In this document: piece after piece, positions 8,437 to 16,586 of the stretch | How positions within the stretch are numbered: the first letter of the stretch is position 1 | Layout: each line of letters opens with the position of its first letter | Virus record (IMG/VR): IMGVR_UViG_3300021185_001174 | Coordinates: 32,001-96,000 of that record | Source of the DNA: a virus | Length of the DNA: 64,000 nt | Strand: one strand, 5' to 3' | Notes under the pieces: model-generated | The model's input: the letters and a program-made list of their open reading frames with translations, nothing else | What the model was told of the DNA's origin: nothing | Database searches by the model: none | Program-made: the position numbers and the translations under genes

Positions 8437-8607
8437 TTAATCCTCTATTAAACTATTTATAAGGTTTTTATCTTCTTTTCTGTGGTTTTGTTTCTTTTTA
8501 TTTGGTATAACCCTGTGGTTAAATGGCAGGTCTGTATCCCATAATACTTTATGGTATCTAGTTTTTATTTTCTTTGGCTTTTGAGGCGTTCGTATTTTCT
8601 TCGCCAT
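8437..8607 (-). CDS. Small basic protein, ArfA (ribosome rescue)-like
   Basis: VLWDTDLPFNHRVIPNKKKQNHRK resembles ArfA [24 protein letters not shown]; start refined using GGAG RBS. Confidence 0.35.
   Translation of the reverse strand: MAKKIRTPQKPKKIKTRYHKVLWDTDLPFNHRVIPNKKKQNHRKEDKNLINSLIED
8454..8461 (-). promoter_or_regulatory. Late promoter for fibre-like gene unit
   Basis: Exact TATAAATA ~20 nt upstream of the ATG at 8434. Confidence 0.7.
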
Positions 8608-8731
8608 CTTCATCTCCATGTTCAACTTTTTTATTTTTCTTACCAAAGATAGCATCATAGTTATCCAGATATTTTTTACTTGTTATCTTTGTTTGTATAC
8701 TGTCACCAGTTACATCATTCTTTGTTACCAA
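8558..8731 (-). CDS. Small hypothetical protein
   Basis: TTG start with GGAG RBS; KNDVTGDSIQTK...NYDAIFGKK motif. Confidence 0.55.
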   Translation of the reverse strand: MVTKNDVTGDSIQTKITSKKYLDNYDAIFGKKNKKVEHGDEDGEENTNASKAKENKN

Positions 8732-8901
8732 TTGTGTACTACTCCTGACATGATAAAGAAGCATGTTATAAAATTAACTAGTACTATTATAGTTCTAATC
8801 AGTGCAATAACATCTGCTTCTTTATTAGATTTACCTTCTTTTTCTCCAAGTGATTTGGCCCAAAGTCTCCAAGCCTTACTTAGTATTCCAAACAATTTCA
8901 A
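8725..8901 (-). CDS. Small membrane protein (not in track)
   Basis: TTG start; WRLWAKSLGEKEGKSNKEADVIALIRTIIVLVNFITCFFIMSGVVHNW, a motif recalled from marine T4-like phages. Confidence 0.7.
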   Translation of the reverse strand: MKLFGILSKAWRLWAKSLGEKEGKSNKEADVIALIRTIIVLVNFITCFFIMSGVVHNW

Positions 8902-9079
8902 TGCCTCGGCTAACTAATTCGTTTTGGCATTTCTGTTTAATCTTAGGCTTACCATTAGAACTATTGATATAATCAAATAATTCTTGCTTAGGGGTTGACT
9001 TCATATAGAAGTTTTCTGTTTTGTTTTTTCCCGTTTTTTTATCTCTTACAGTTTGAGATGGTTTAAATTTTATTGGCAT
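8876..9079 (-). CDS. Small basic hypothetical protein
   Basis: 67 aa ORF, tightly packed. Confidence 0.6.
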   Translation of the reverse strand: MPIKFKPSQTVRDKKTGKNKTENFYMKSTPKQELFDYINSSNGKPKIKQKCQNELVSRGIEIVWNTK

Positions 9080-9660
9080 TATATCTCCCCGACTATGTGT
9101 TTATATATATCTTTCCATTTCCAATACCTTGGAATGTTTCCTTCATAATAAGCATTATGTTCATGAGCCACAAGTATTGATTCAAGTCCGAATCTTTTAC
9201 CTACTTCAGCATTCTCTACTTTATCTTCTACCCAGAAACATTCTGTACCTTGATATTGTTTTAGTACTTCATCTTTATCAGCACCACATCCAAGATAGAT
9301 ATAATCATCAAATAATTCTTTTCCAAAAAGTAATTCTAAATTTTGAGTTCTTAATCTTTGAGCATACTTGTTATCACTTAAAGATGTAATGCAATGAAAT
9401 CTATAACCATGTAACATATTAAGTCTTTTCATGTAATAGACTGCATCTCTTAATGGTGGTAAGAAAGCAATTGCGGCAGACTCATTAAACTCTTCAACAC
9501 ATTTCTTACTAAACTCTCTTGTTAAGTTAAATCTTTTTGCAACATTGTACTCATCATACTTACTGGTAGGATATCCTTTATGGTTCATCCATTGTGTGAA
9601 TGAATATTCCCAGTCGCAGAGAACTCCATCACAATCTACTAAAATTATATTTTCTTTCAT
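9079..9660 (-). CDS. HAD-family 5'(3')-deoxyribonucleotidase-like protein
   Basis: ILVDCDGVL motif I and WVEDKVEN motif; start refined. Confidence 0.8.
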   Translation of the reverse strand: MKENIILVDCDGVLCDWEYSFTQWMNHKGYPTSKYDEYNVAKRFNLTREFSKKCVEEFNESAAIAFLPPLRDAVYYMKRLNMLHGYRFHCITSLSDNKYAQRLRTQNLELLFGKELFDDYIYLGCGADKDEVLKQYQGTECFWVEDKVENAEVGKRFGLESILVAHEHNAYYEGNIPRYWKWKDIYKHIVGEI

Positions 9661-9676
9661 TCTATCTCCTAACATC

Positions 9677-9895
9677 TTAATGAAAGACCCTTTCCTTGCC
9701 ATTAATAACAAGATGGTCTATATGTACGTTACCTCTTGGGTCCATGATTCCATGTTTTACTAACATTTCACATAGTCTATCCCAAGCATCATCTTCTTTA
9801 GATATAGCAAGTTCCACCATTTCTGGTAGTGGTAATGGAAGATAGACTTTACAGCCTTTCTTACTAACTAATCTTCCTACTATTTTATTCTTCAT
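9677..9895 (-). CDS. Hypothetical protein
   Basis: 72 aa ORF directly after an early promoter, GAGA RBS. Confidence 0.6.
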   Translation of the reverse strand: MKNKIVGRLVSKKGCKVYLPLPLPEMVELAISKEDDAWDRLCEMLVKHGIMDPRGNVHIDHLVINGKERVFH

Positions 9896-9917
9896 ATCTA
9901 TCTCTTTTTATACTAAT

Positions 9918-9946
9918 ATTATACTACACTTTCTAGTAAATGTAAA
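9918..9946 (-). promoter_or_regulatory. Sigma70 early promoter
   Basis: TTTACA-17-TATAAT with GTAG before -10. Confidence 0.85.
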
Positions 9947-9960
9947 GTGTTTTTTTAAAT

Positions 9961-10170
9961 TTATTTAAAGTATTTTATTAACATTTCAAGCTTGTCGTGA
10001 TATTCAGCCATTAACCCTAGTTCTTTTTCTAGTGTTTCCATTTGGTCTGAATGTTCACCAACAGATACTTGATTACTTAAGATGATTTCGGCATTCATTT
10101 TATGTTTTTCTGCCTGCGCTTCCATATACTTCATAGAAGTCGCTACCATTTGGTCTCTAAAGTTTTTCAT
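9961..10170 (-). CDS. Conserved hypothetical protein
   Basis: Start refined to MKNFRDQ; VSVGEHSDQMETLEKEL. Confidence 0.65.
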   Translation of the reverse strand: MKNFRDQMVATSMKYMEAQAEKHKMNAEIILSNQVSVGEHSDQMETLEKELGLMAEYHDKLEMLIKYFK

Positions 10171-10171
10171 A

Positions 10172-10864
10172 TTATCTCCCGAATACATTTTCCATGCGTT
10201 TTTCTTTTTGATACTGTTTAATAGTATCCCATAATTTATCAGTCCAGTTATCTCTGTGCTCGATAAAAACTTGTGGGTCCTCATTATCTACTGCAATCAT
10301 AATCACAAGTTGAGTAATTGGCATCCCTGTTCTTTCTTCCCACATGATTGCATACGCTGCACATTGTAAGAAGTAACCAGTAATCCATTCTTTCTTTTTA
10401 GGCTTACGTGATGTTTTATAATCAATGATAGAGTTTACCCCATTCCATACACCAACACAGTCTACTCTACCAGCTAGTTCTAAGTGTTGTGAATATAAAG
10501 GTGCCTCTTGTGAATAAACTTTATCTAGGTTATTATCTAGTATATGTTTTACATCTTGAAAGGATTGGATAATATGAGGCATATAACCTTCGGTATAGTT
10601 CGGGTCATTATCTACATACTTTTCAAGTATTGCGTGGACAGCTGTACCTCTACTTGAGGCAACTCTACTAATCTTGTTTGCCTCTTTTTCACCTACTCGC
10701 GCTCTCCACGCTTGTATTGCCTCTCTACTTAATATAGAAAGAACCGTGGTGACACTAGGGTATTGTTCGCCGTCCGGCGTCTTATATACTCTTCCTTTTC
10801 CTTCGGAAGTGGTCGCTGTTAAATCTTCATAACCTAAATCAATTGGTTCATGTATAAAGCTCAT
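10172..10864 (-). CDS. PD-(D/E)XK exonuclease
   Basis: YPSVTTVL, GTAVH, AGRVDC, IIDYKTS, YFLQCAAYA. Confidence 0.85.
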   Translation of the reverse strand: MSFIHEPIDLGYEDLTATTSEGKGRVYKTPDGEQYPSVTTVLSILSREAIQAWRARVGEKEANKISRVASSRGTAVHAILEKYVDNDPNYTEGYMPHIIQSFQDVKHILDNNLDKVYSQEAPLYSQHLELAGRVDCVGVWNGVNSIIDYKTSRKPKKKEWITGYFLQCAAYAIMWEERTGMPITQLVIMIAVDNEDPQVFIEHRDNWTDKLWDTIKQYQKEKRMENVFGR

Positions 10865-11550
10865 AGTTTCTCCTGGTCTACTAAATCTTTTGTCATTAAG
10901 AAATCACGTACTAGTCCAGACCTAACAATGTCTTCCCATGTAAAATCAATAATATCAAAATACTTCATATGTTTAAGAATGTAAAGAAACTTATCCAAGC
11001 CTTCTTTATCATTAGTGTGTTTAAAATCTGATTGATAATGGTCACCACATACTAGAATTTTAGTATTATTACCAAGTCGTGTTATAACCGAACATAATTC
11101 ATGGTAGTTACAATTCTGTGCTTCATCAATTATAATAATAGCATTGTGAATAGTTAAACCTCTTATATAAGAAGTGGTAAGATATTCAACAGATTTCATT
11201 GTAACTAACTTATCCCATGCCGTAGGGTCTTCAAAGAGTTCGGTTGTAATTGCTTTATAAGGTGCCTTATAAGCTTCTTCTTTCTCTTCTTGTGTCCCTG
11301 GTAAGAATCCCATATCTCTGGTAGGTACTGCTGACCTAACAAATATAATTCTTTCATAGTTAGAACTTTTATCCAATACTTCTTCTAGTGCCAGATAAGA
11401 AGCAATAAATGTCTTACCAGTTCCTGCGGCACCTATTAGTGCTAGATTTTGTCCTGACTTATAAGAATCAAATACATTCTTCTGATTCGCAGTAAGAGGC
11501 TCTCTTGTGTGTAAGTGTTCTAGTCTTAACTTAGCTGGTAGTTTATTCAT
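10861..11550 (-). CDS. phoH: PhoH-like ATPase
   Basis: GAAGTGKT, GFLPGT, IRGLT, IIDEAQN, GDHYQSD, IVRSGLV. Confidence 0.95.
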   Translation of the reverse strand: MNKLPAKLRLEHLHTREPLTANQKNVFDSYKSGQNLALIGAAGTGKTFIASYLALEEVLDKSSNYERIIFVRSAVPTRDMGFLPGTQEEKEEAYKAPYKAITTELFEDPTAWDKLVTMKSVEYLTTSYIRGLTIHNAIIIIDEAQNCNYHELCSVITRLGNNTKILVCGDHYQSDFKHTNDKEGLDKFLYILKHMKYFDIIDFTWEDIVRSGLVRDFLMTKDLVDQEKL

Positions 11551-11795
11551 TTTGTTTTAATGTTCTTATGTAATGATTTAGGAATATTTGATTTAATTTT
11601 ATCTTGCACTTCTTTCCAGCCATCTCCAGCTTTTTGTAATGCACCTTGAGAACCTTTAGATACTATTGCAGGTGCACCTACTTTTTGTTGGAGTTTTGGA
11701 TTTTCTTCCAAGTACTCTTGTAATTTGGCATAACTCATAAAGACTGTCTCCACATCTTCACCAGTTTTCTTATCTATAATATCATACAGCGGCAT
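11547..11795 (-). CDS. FmdB-like small protein lacking the zinc-ribbon cysteines
   Basis: MPLYD start and GWKEVQDKIK motif; upstream of phoH as in T4-like phages. Confidence 0.6.
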   Translation of the reverse strand: MPLYDIIDKKTGEDVETVFMSYAKLQEYLEENPKLQQKVGAPAIVSKGSQGALQKAGDGWKEVQDKIKSNIPKSLHKNIKTK

Positions 11796-12339
11796 AATTA
11801 AACCATGATGGTACTTTGCGTTTAGTCCATTCCATTTTGAATCTTTCTTGTTTAGTTTTATAAAATGCACGATAAGACTTTACTGGGTCTTTGAACATAC
11901 ATTCTGGGTTAGAACCCATGGCCAATTTAAAAGGTGTATAGTCAGCCATTGGTATATTTTTGGGTAACAGACCTAGTTCTAGGCCTAGTAATTGTTCTGT
12001 CTTATGTATCTTACCATACCGATAAGTGTATTCTCTACATAGAGCAATGAAGTGTTGATAATGCCATCTGTAATTAGAAGAGGATTCCCTAGACCAAACA
12101 GTACATGGATGGTTCATATGAACAGCCTTGTACAATAGATTTTCTCTGTGTCCGTCTAGTTTCCAATACTTTACGTTTGTCTTACCTGACTTAGACTTTC
12201 TTGTTTCTATAGAGCCGTCAAGCATTCTGTGCACAGTAGACAGCATCTGTGCTGATTCTACAATCATTTTGACCACGTGTTTATCACATTGGTCTTGGGC
12301 CGCTTTGACTGGGTCTTCGTGTAAAATAAATATATTCAT
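11782..12339 (-). CDS. Pyrimidine-dimer DNA glycosylase-like protein
   Basis: MNIFIL...AAQDQCDKHVVKMIVESAQMLST, HMNHPCTVW, EYTYRYGKIHK. Confidence 0.75.
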   Translation of the reverse strand: MNIFILHEDPVKAAQDQCDKHVVKMIVESAQMLSTVHRMLDGSIETRKSKSGKTNVKYWKLDGHRENLLYKAVHMNHPCTVWSRESSSNYRWHYQHFIALCREYTYRYGKIHKTEQLLGLELGLLPKNIPMADYTPFKLAMGSNPECMFKDPVKSYRAFYKTKQERFKMEWTKRKVPSWFNYAAV

Positions 12340-12377
12340 AATATAACCTGGTTTACTTTTTTCTTTCTTAGAGTAGT

Positions 12378-12406
12378 ATTATACTACATATCCGATAAAA
12401 AGTAAA
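12378..12406 (-). promoter_or_regulatory. Sigma70 early promoter
   Basis: TTTACT-17-TATAAT. Confidence 0.8.
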
Positions 12407-12456
12407 CCCCTTTTTGAAAGTTTTTTCTCAAAGGGGCCACTTCATAAACCTCCTAC

Positions 12457-12615
12457 TTAACTGGCAGCTTGCATAAATCGTATGGTTTCAGTTATATAAT
12501 CTACTTTCTTTTGCATCTTATATGCTAAATCCGATTTACCTTTCTTTAATAATCTCTTCTGATAGTATAATGTCTCTCGTTTATCACGTTTAAGACGTTC
12601 AATTTCTTTACTCAT
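12457..12615 (-). CDS. Small basic hypothetical protein
   Basis: AGGAG RBS before MSKEIERL. Confidence 0.55.
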   Translation of the reverse strand: MSKEIERLKRDKRETLYYQKRLLKKGKSDLAYKMQKKVDYITETIRFMQAAS

Positions 12616-12664
12616 AGATAGCTCCTTTAAATAAGTTGAAATTAAAACCATCATATAGAACACT

Positions 12665-13090
12665 CTACTTTGTTATCAAACCAGGAAATGCATCCTGACA
12701 AAGCTTCTTAGTGATACCAGTATATTTCATCTTCTTATCTTTCGCCAATACTAGCATTTCAGCCTCTGAAGCATGTAAGGACTCCAATAGCTGAATAAAC
12801 ATTGTTTCTCTTTTGATAGGGTTGACTGCGCGTCCAGTTGGGCCGTTAAAGAAAAATTTAAACCTAGTGTATCTTTTCTCTAGCCTAGAAATATTTTTAC
12901 CTGCTGGTGCATCATCTGGCTCGTAAGGCGGTGCGCCTGTTGGTAATAGACAACTAATACTTTCATCATAGTTGATTCTGATTAAGTCCTTCATTGCTGG
13001 ACTTTGATTTTGTCTGAGATAATTAACTCTCTCTTTTTTAGTTTTTAATTTACTTGCCTCAGTAAATATTTCACTTAGTAATCTTTTCAT
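12665..13090 (-). CDS. Conserved T4-like hypothetical protein
   Basis: LPTGAPPY, RETMFIQLLESLH motifs; follows rnh. Confidence 0.75.
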   Translation of the reverse strand: MKRLLSEIFTEASKLKTKKERVNYLRQNQSPAMKDLIRINYDESISCLLPTGAPPYEPDDAPAGKNISRLEKRYTRFKFFFNGPTGRAVNPIKRETMFIQLLESLHASEAEMLVLAKDKKMKYTGITKKLCQDAFPGLITK

Positions 13091-13946
13091 TGTTGTAAAA
13101 TTCCTCCACTACTTCAATCAATAATTTGCATCTTTTCTTAATAAGATAATTTAGAACTTTCATCCTCATAGGAAGTTTTTGTTCATCATAGTTATTTATA
13201 ATACTTTTTTGGATACCTTCTGGTATTTCAGTTAAGTCTATAAGTTTTTTGTTTCTTTGATAGTTACGATATAGTTCCTCAGGCATTAGATGTCTTAGGT
13301 TTTCTGCACCTTGAATCCAATCATCTATTCTAGTCTGACGTAAAGGAGTTTGTTTTGCACCTTCTGTAATAAATGTATCGTCATTAGATAATACGTTTGG
13401 AATACCATCTCCACTATCTCCTCTAAAGATATGATTCCAAAGATAAGTTACTGGGTTTTCATCTAGTACTTGTTTCTTTTGAATAGGAGAGAATTGCTTG
13501 ATGTTCTTATATCTCTGTAATTGGATAAAGTCTTTATCGGATGAAATAATCATAACTGGTTCATGTTGGCCAAACTCTTGGGTATTCATTGCAAGAGTAC
13601 CGATAATATCATCTGCCTCACAGCCTTCCATATGTAATACTTTATAAGGTAAGTTTTCTGCAATCTCTTCTCTTACTAGATTTAATATTCTAAAGATTTC
13701 ATTCCAATCTGTACCAGTATCTTCACTACGGCCCTTTCTACGATTTGCTTTATACTCTGGGAAGTATTCTCTTCGCCAAGTATTCATGCCATCAGCACAG
13801 ATAACCATCTGTCCGTATTCACCCCTATACTTTTTATTATACATTCTAATACTATTCAGTATCATGTGTCTTATCATATCTTCATCATTTAATTTTTGCA
13901 CTATGATATTAGAAAGTGCAATCTGATTGTAATCAAGTAGTATCAT
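13071..13946 (-). CDS. rnh: RNase H / 5'-3' exonuclease
   Basis: WRREYFPEYKANR, EADDIIG, SSDKDFIQL, GDSGDGIPN; start refined to MILLDYNQ. Confidence 0.93.
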   Translation of the reverse strand: MILLDYNQIALSNIIVQKLNDEDMIRHMILNSIRMYNKKYRGEYGQMVICADGMNTWRREYFPEYKANRRKGRSEDTGTDWNEIFRILNLVREEIAENLPYKVLHMEGCEADDIIGTLAMNTQEFGQHEPVMIISSDKDFIQLQRYKNIKQFSPIQKKQVLDENPVTYLWNHIFRGDSGDGIPNVLSNDDTFITEGAKQTPLRQTRIDDWIQGAENLRHLMPEELYRNYQRNKKLIDLTEIPEGIQKSIINNYDEQKLPMRMKVLNYLIKKRCKLLIEVVEEFYNNEKITK

Positions 13947-14304
13947 TATCTGGCTCTTCATCCTTAGGCGTTGTATGTGCCTGTTGTAGTTTTTTAAGTT
14001 TAATATAGAGTTTATCCATATCTTTTTGAATACTATGGGGTAGGTCAATATATCTAAGTAACATGGCATAGACTAGGTTTGCAATAACAAAAGCATCTCT
14101 ACTCTCGCAGTACTGTTCATCACGAATATCAAAACCTTCTAACCAACCTAAGTCCATATCTAAGATTTCATACTCCATCATACTTACCATATGCTGAGAT
14201 ATCTCCATTGATTCACCTATAATGGTTTCAACGACTGTTGGATGTTCTCCATCTTTATTAGTTGTTATCTCTTTTCCTGTCGGAAACTGTATTAATTTTC
14301 CCAT
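13933..14304 (-). CDS. Hypothetical protein
   Basis: 123 aa ORF after an early promoter. Confidence 0.65.
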   Translation of the reverse strand: MGKLIQFPTGKEITTNKDGEHPTVVETIIGESMEISQHMVSMMEYEILDMDLGWLEGFDIRDEQYCESRDAFVIANLVYAMLLRYIDLPHSIQKDMDKLYIKLKKLQQAHTTPKDEEPDNDTT

Positions 14305-14313
14305 AATATGTAT

Positions 14314-14342
14314 ATTATACTACATTTCCTTGTGCTTGTAAA
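14314..14342 (-). promoter_or_regulatory. Sigma70 early promoter
   Basis: TTTACA-17-TATAAT. Confidence 0.85.
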
Positions 14343-14349
14343 GTGTTTT

Positions 14350-14772
14350 TTATAAGTTTTTTACAGCATTTCCGCCTAATCTTATCTGAATAATACCATT
14401 ATAGTAATCATCAGTAAGTAATACATCACGGTCAAACTGTTCTTTAGCCTCTAGGTAAGCGCATTCTCCCTTGGTCTTACATAGATGGATAATCTCTCTA
14501 TTAAAATTATCTTCTCCGTACTTATCTATATCTTCTTGCAGGTGTTTACTGGAACCCCAATACTTTCTCCAATCAGATTCGACCAAGAGTTTCTTACGGC
14601 GTTTTCTTTTCTTTGTTATGGGTAGAGTTTTCTGACTCCAAAAGAACTTCTTTCCAATATATTTCTGGCCTGTTGTCTTGTTCGTTATCAGATAAACAAA
14701 ACCGTACGCGTCTTTGGGATTGAAGTCTTCTGGAGTTAACCATTCTGTGCCTTGATAATGCCATTCGTTCAT
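14350..14772 (-). CDS. GIY-YIG-family protein
   Basis: GFVYLITNKTTGQKYIGKK motif; preceded by late-promoter variant TATAAGTA (14772-14779). Confidence 0.75.
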   Translation of the reverse strand: MNEWHYQGTEWLTPEDFNPKDAYGFVYLITNKTTGQKYIGKKFFWSQKTLPITKKRKRRKKLLVESDWRKYWGSSKHLQEDIDKYGEDNFNREIIHLCKTKGECAYLEAKEQFDRDVLLTDDYYNGIIQIRLGGNAVKNL

Positions 14773-14780
14773 ACTTATAT

Positions 14781-14951
14781 TTAGTAGTTAAAATTTAGTT
14801 CTGCAATCTCTTCAGATTCAGTTGCAGTACCACATATTGGACAATATACCGGTTTAGGTTTTTCTTCTTCTAAGAAATTTATTTGAGTTTTTGCATAACA
14901 CATTTCGCAGTTGTGTGTATACCAATGATTTGGGTCATGAGGACTAGACAT
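14781..14951 (-). CDS. Zinc-ribbon protein (not in track)
   Basis: MSSPHDPNHWYTHNCEMC...YCPICG: two CxxC motifs. Confidence 0.7.
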   Translation of the reverse strand: MSSPHDPNHWYTHNCEMCYAKTQINFLEEEKPKPVYCPICGTATESEEIAELNFNY

Positions 14952-15174
14952 TGTTGGATACCCATTCTTTTAGTTCCTGAAATCCTCCGATATTATCTTC
15001 TTGGATTCGAATCTGTGGAAAGGTTCTTGCATCAGGAAAAGTTTGAAATAAGTCGTCCCTATTAAACTCTTTCCCTAGTGATTTATATACATAATTTAAT
15101 TTGTGTTCTGTTACTAAGTTTACTGCCATTACACAGTACGGGCAATTATCTTTACCCCATATTTCTATATTCAA
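14944..15174 (-). CDS. nrdC: Glutaredoxin
   Basis: CPYC active site, TFPQI; TTG start with GGAG RBS; next to nrdAB. Confidence 0.9.
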   Translation of the reverse strand: MNIEIWGKDNCPYCVMAVNLVTEHKLNYVYKSLGKEFNRDDLFQTFPDARTFPQIRIQEDNIGGFQELKEWVSNNV

Positions 15175-15365
15175 TTTACTACTCCATTGATTATCCAAAA
15201 TGATAACAACATAAACCCAAACACTGCAACCTGTATGATTGCGGCCCAGAATATTTGCTTCATCGGATGTACTTCCGTTAATTTTTCTATAATGTCTTCA
15301 CTTGGTGAAAGATTTACCACCTGTAATACTTTTTCAGGTTTTGTAAACCATGGTATATGTATCAT
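15171..15365 (-). CDS. Small membrane protein
   Basis: C-terminal TM segment IFWAAIIQVAVFGFMLLSFWII. Confidence 0.6.
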   Translation of the reverse strand: MIHIPWFTKPEKVLQVVNLSPSEDIIEKLTEVHPMKQIFWAAIIQVAVFGFMLLSFWIINGVVN

Positions 15366-16435
15366 AAACTCATTCCTGATAATGTTGACGAGTCAACATC
15401 TTGTTTTACCCCACCAGTTACATAAGAAGTTATTTCAGTTTCTTGTGGTGCCACTTGGACATTACCACCACCAATCCATTTCTCTGTCCATGGTAAAGGA
15501 TTCATTTTACTTACTGTATAAGGACATGGCAAACTTAGAGCCCTCATCCTTTTACAACCTATCCATTCTATATAGTCTTTTAGAATACTTGTGTTAAGAC
15601 CAATCATAGAACCATCTTTAAAGAGATAATCAGCCCACTGCTTTTCTTGTTCTATAACAGATTCAAATAATCTAACTGCATCAGGTTCCATTTCTTTTGC
15701 AATCTTTGCAAAGTCTTTATCTTCTTTTACTAGATTTTTTAACATAACTGTAGTAGACGCGAGGTGGACATTTTCATCACGTGCAATAAATTTAATAATC
15801 TTTGCATTACCTTCCATCTTTTTAAGTTCGGCGAATGCCCAACTACAAGCAAATGATACATAGAACCTAATACCCTCTAAAGCATTGGCACTTAACATAG
15901 CCATATATAGGGAACGCTTATGGTCCATCTTATTAGTTGGGCCATGGTTTGCATCTATTAAGTCATCATAGTATCGTGCGATGTCTTTACCACAATCAAG
16001 TATTTCTTTTACATCTAAGAGACCATCAAATATAATAGAAGGATTACTATAGATGTTTCTAATAATATGAGTATAGCTTCTGCTGTGGATAGTCTCAAAG
16101 AAAGACCAGGTTTCAATCCAGTTTTCAACTTCTGGTAACGAAGCGATAGGTAAGAAAGCCATATTAGGAGCTCTACCCTGAACAGAATCAAGTAGAATTT
16201 GCCTTTTAAGGTTAGATGTGAAAATATGTTGTTCATGTTCAGTAAGTCCTTCAAAGTCTTTTTTATCTTTTGAAATATCTACCTCTTCGGGTCTCCAAAA
16301 GAATCCAAGTTGTTTTTCTGTAATCTTATCTAGTTGTGGATATTTTAATATATCAAATCTTTGGACATCCACTGCCTCATCCAAAAACATATTTTTATCC
16401 ATATGGGATTTTCTATTCTTCTTCAATACTGCCAT
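15362..16435 (-). CDS. nrdB: Ribonucleotide reductase class Ia beta subunit
   Basis: FFWRPEEV, LDSVQGR, ETIHSRSY, LEGIRFYVSF, ARDENVH, VAPQETEI. Confidence 0.97.
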   Translation of the reverse strand: MAVLKKNRKSHMDKNMFLDEAVDVQRFDILKYPQLDKITEKQLGFFWRPEEVDISKDKKDFEGLTEHEQHIFTSNLKRQILLDSVQGRAPNMAFLPIASLPEVENWIETWSFFETIHSRSYTHIIRNIYSNPSIIFDGLLDVKEILDCGKDIARYYDDLIDANHGPTNKMDHKRSLYMAMLSANALEGIRFYVSFACSWAFAELKKMEGNAKIIKFIARDENVHLASTTVMLKNLVKEDKDFAKIAKEMEPDAVRLFESVIEQEKQWADYLFKDGSMIGLNTSILKDYIEWIGCKRMRALSLPCPYTVSKMNPLPWTEKWIGGGNVQVAPQETEITSYVTGGVKQDVDSSTLSGMSL

Positions 16436-16586
16436 TCACTTTTCCTTTTTTTCTAAATCTTTTATTATAACCTTTTTTAATACTCTTAGTAACACCCGGC
16501 TTTGATAAATAACAATAAAAATTACGAGCACTAGTTAGAGCATCCCATTCAGCCCCACCCTTTAAGGGGATTCTTTCTTTCTTCAT
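16413..16586 (-). CDS. 57 aa basic protein between nrdA and nrdB (not in track)
   Basis: MKKERIPLKGGAEWDALTSARNFYCYLSKPGVTKSIKKGYNKRFRKKGKVNGSIEEE; ATGA overlap with nrdA stop. Confidence 0.7.
   Translation of the reverse strand: MKKERIPLKGGAEWDALTSARNFYCYLSKPGVTKSIKKGYNKRFRKKGKVNGSIEEE

Noticed and set aside
10172-10864. Cas4-like nuclease suggesting CRISPR
   Set aside because: No repeat-spacer array or other cas genes seen; this is the common PD-(D/E)XK exonuclease next to phoH
12404-12436. CCCCTTT/AAAGGGG inverted repeat overlapping an early -35
   Set aside because: No U-tract in the coding direction and not repeated; function unsupported
14350-14772. GIY-YIG protein as a mobile homing endonuclease or intron
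   Set aside because: Only 140 aa with no DNA-binding extension, and the flanking genes are uninterrupted
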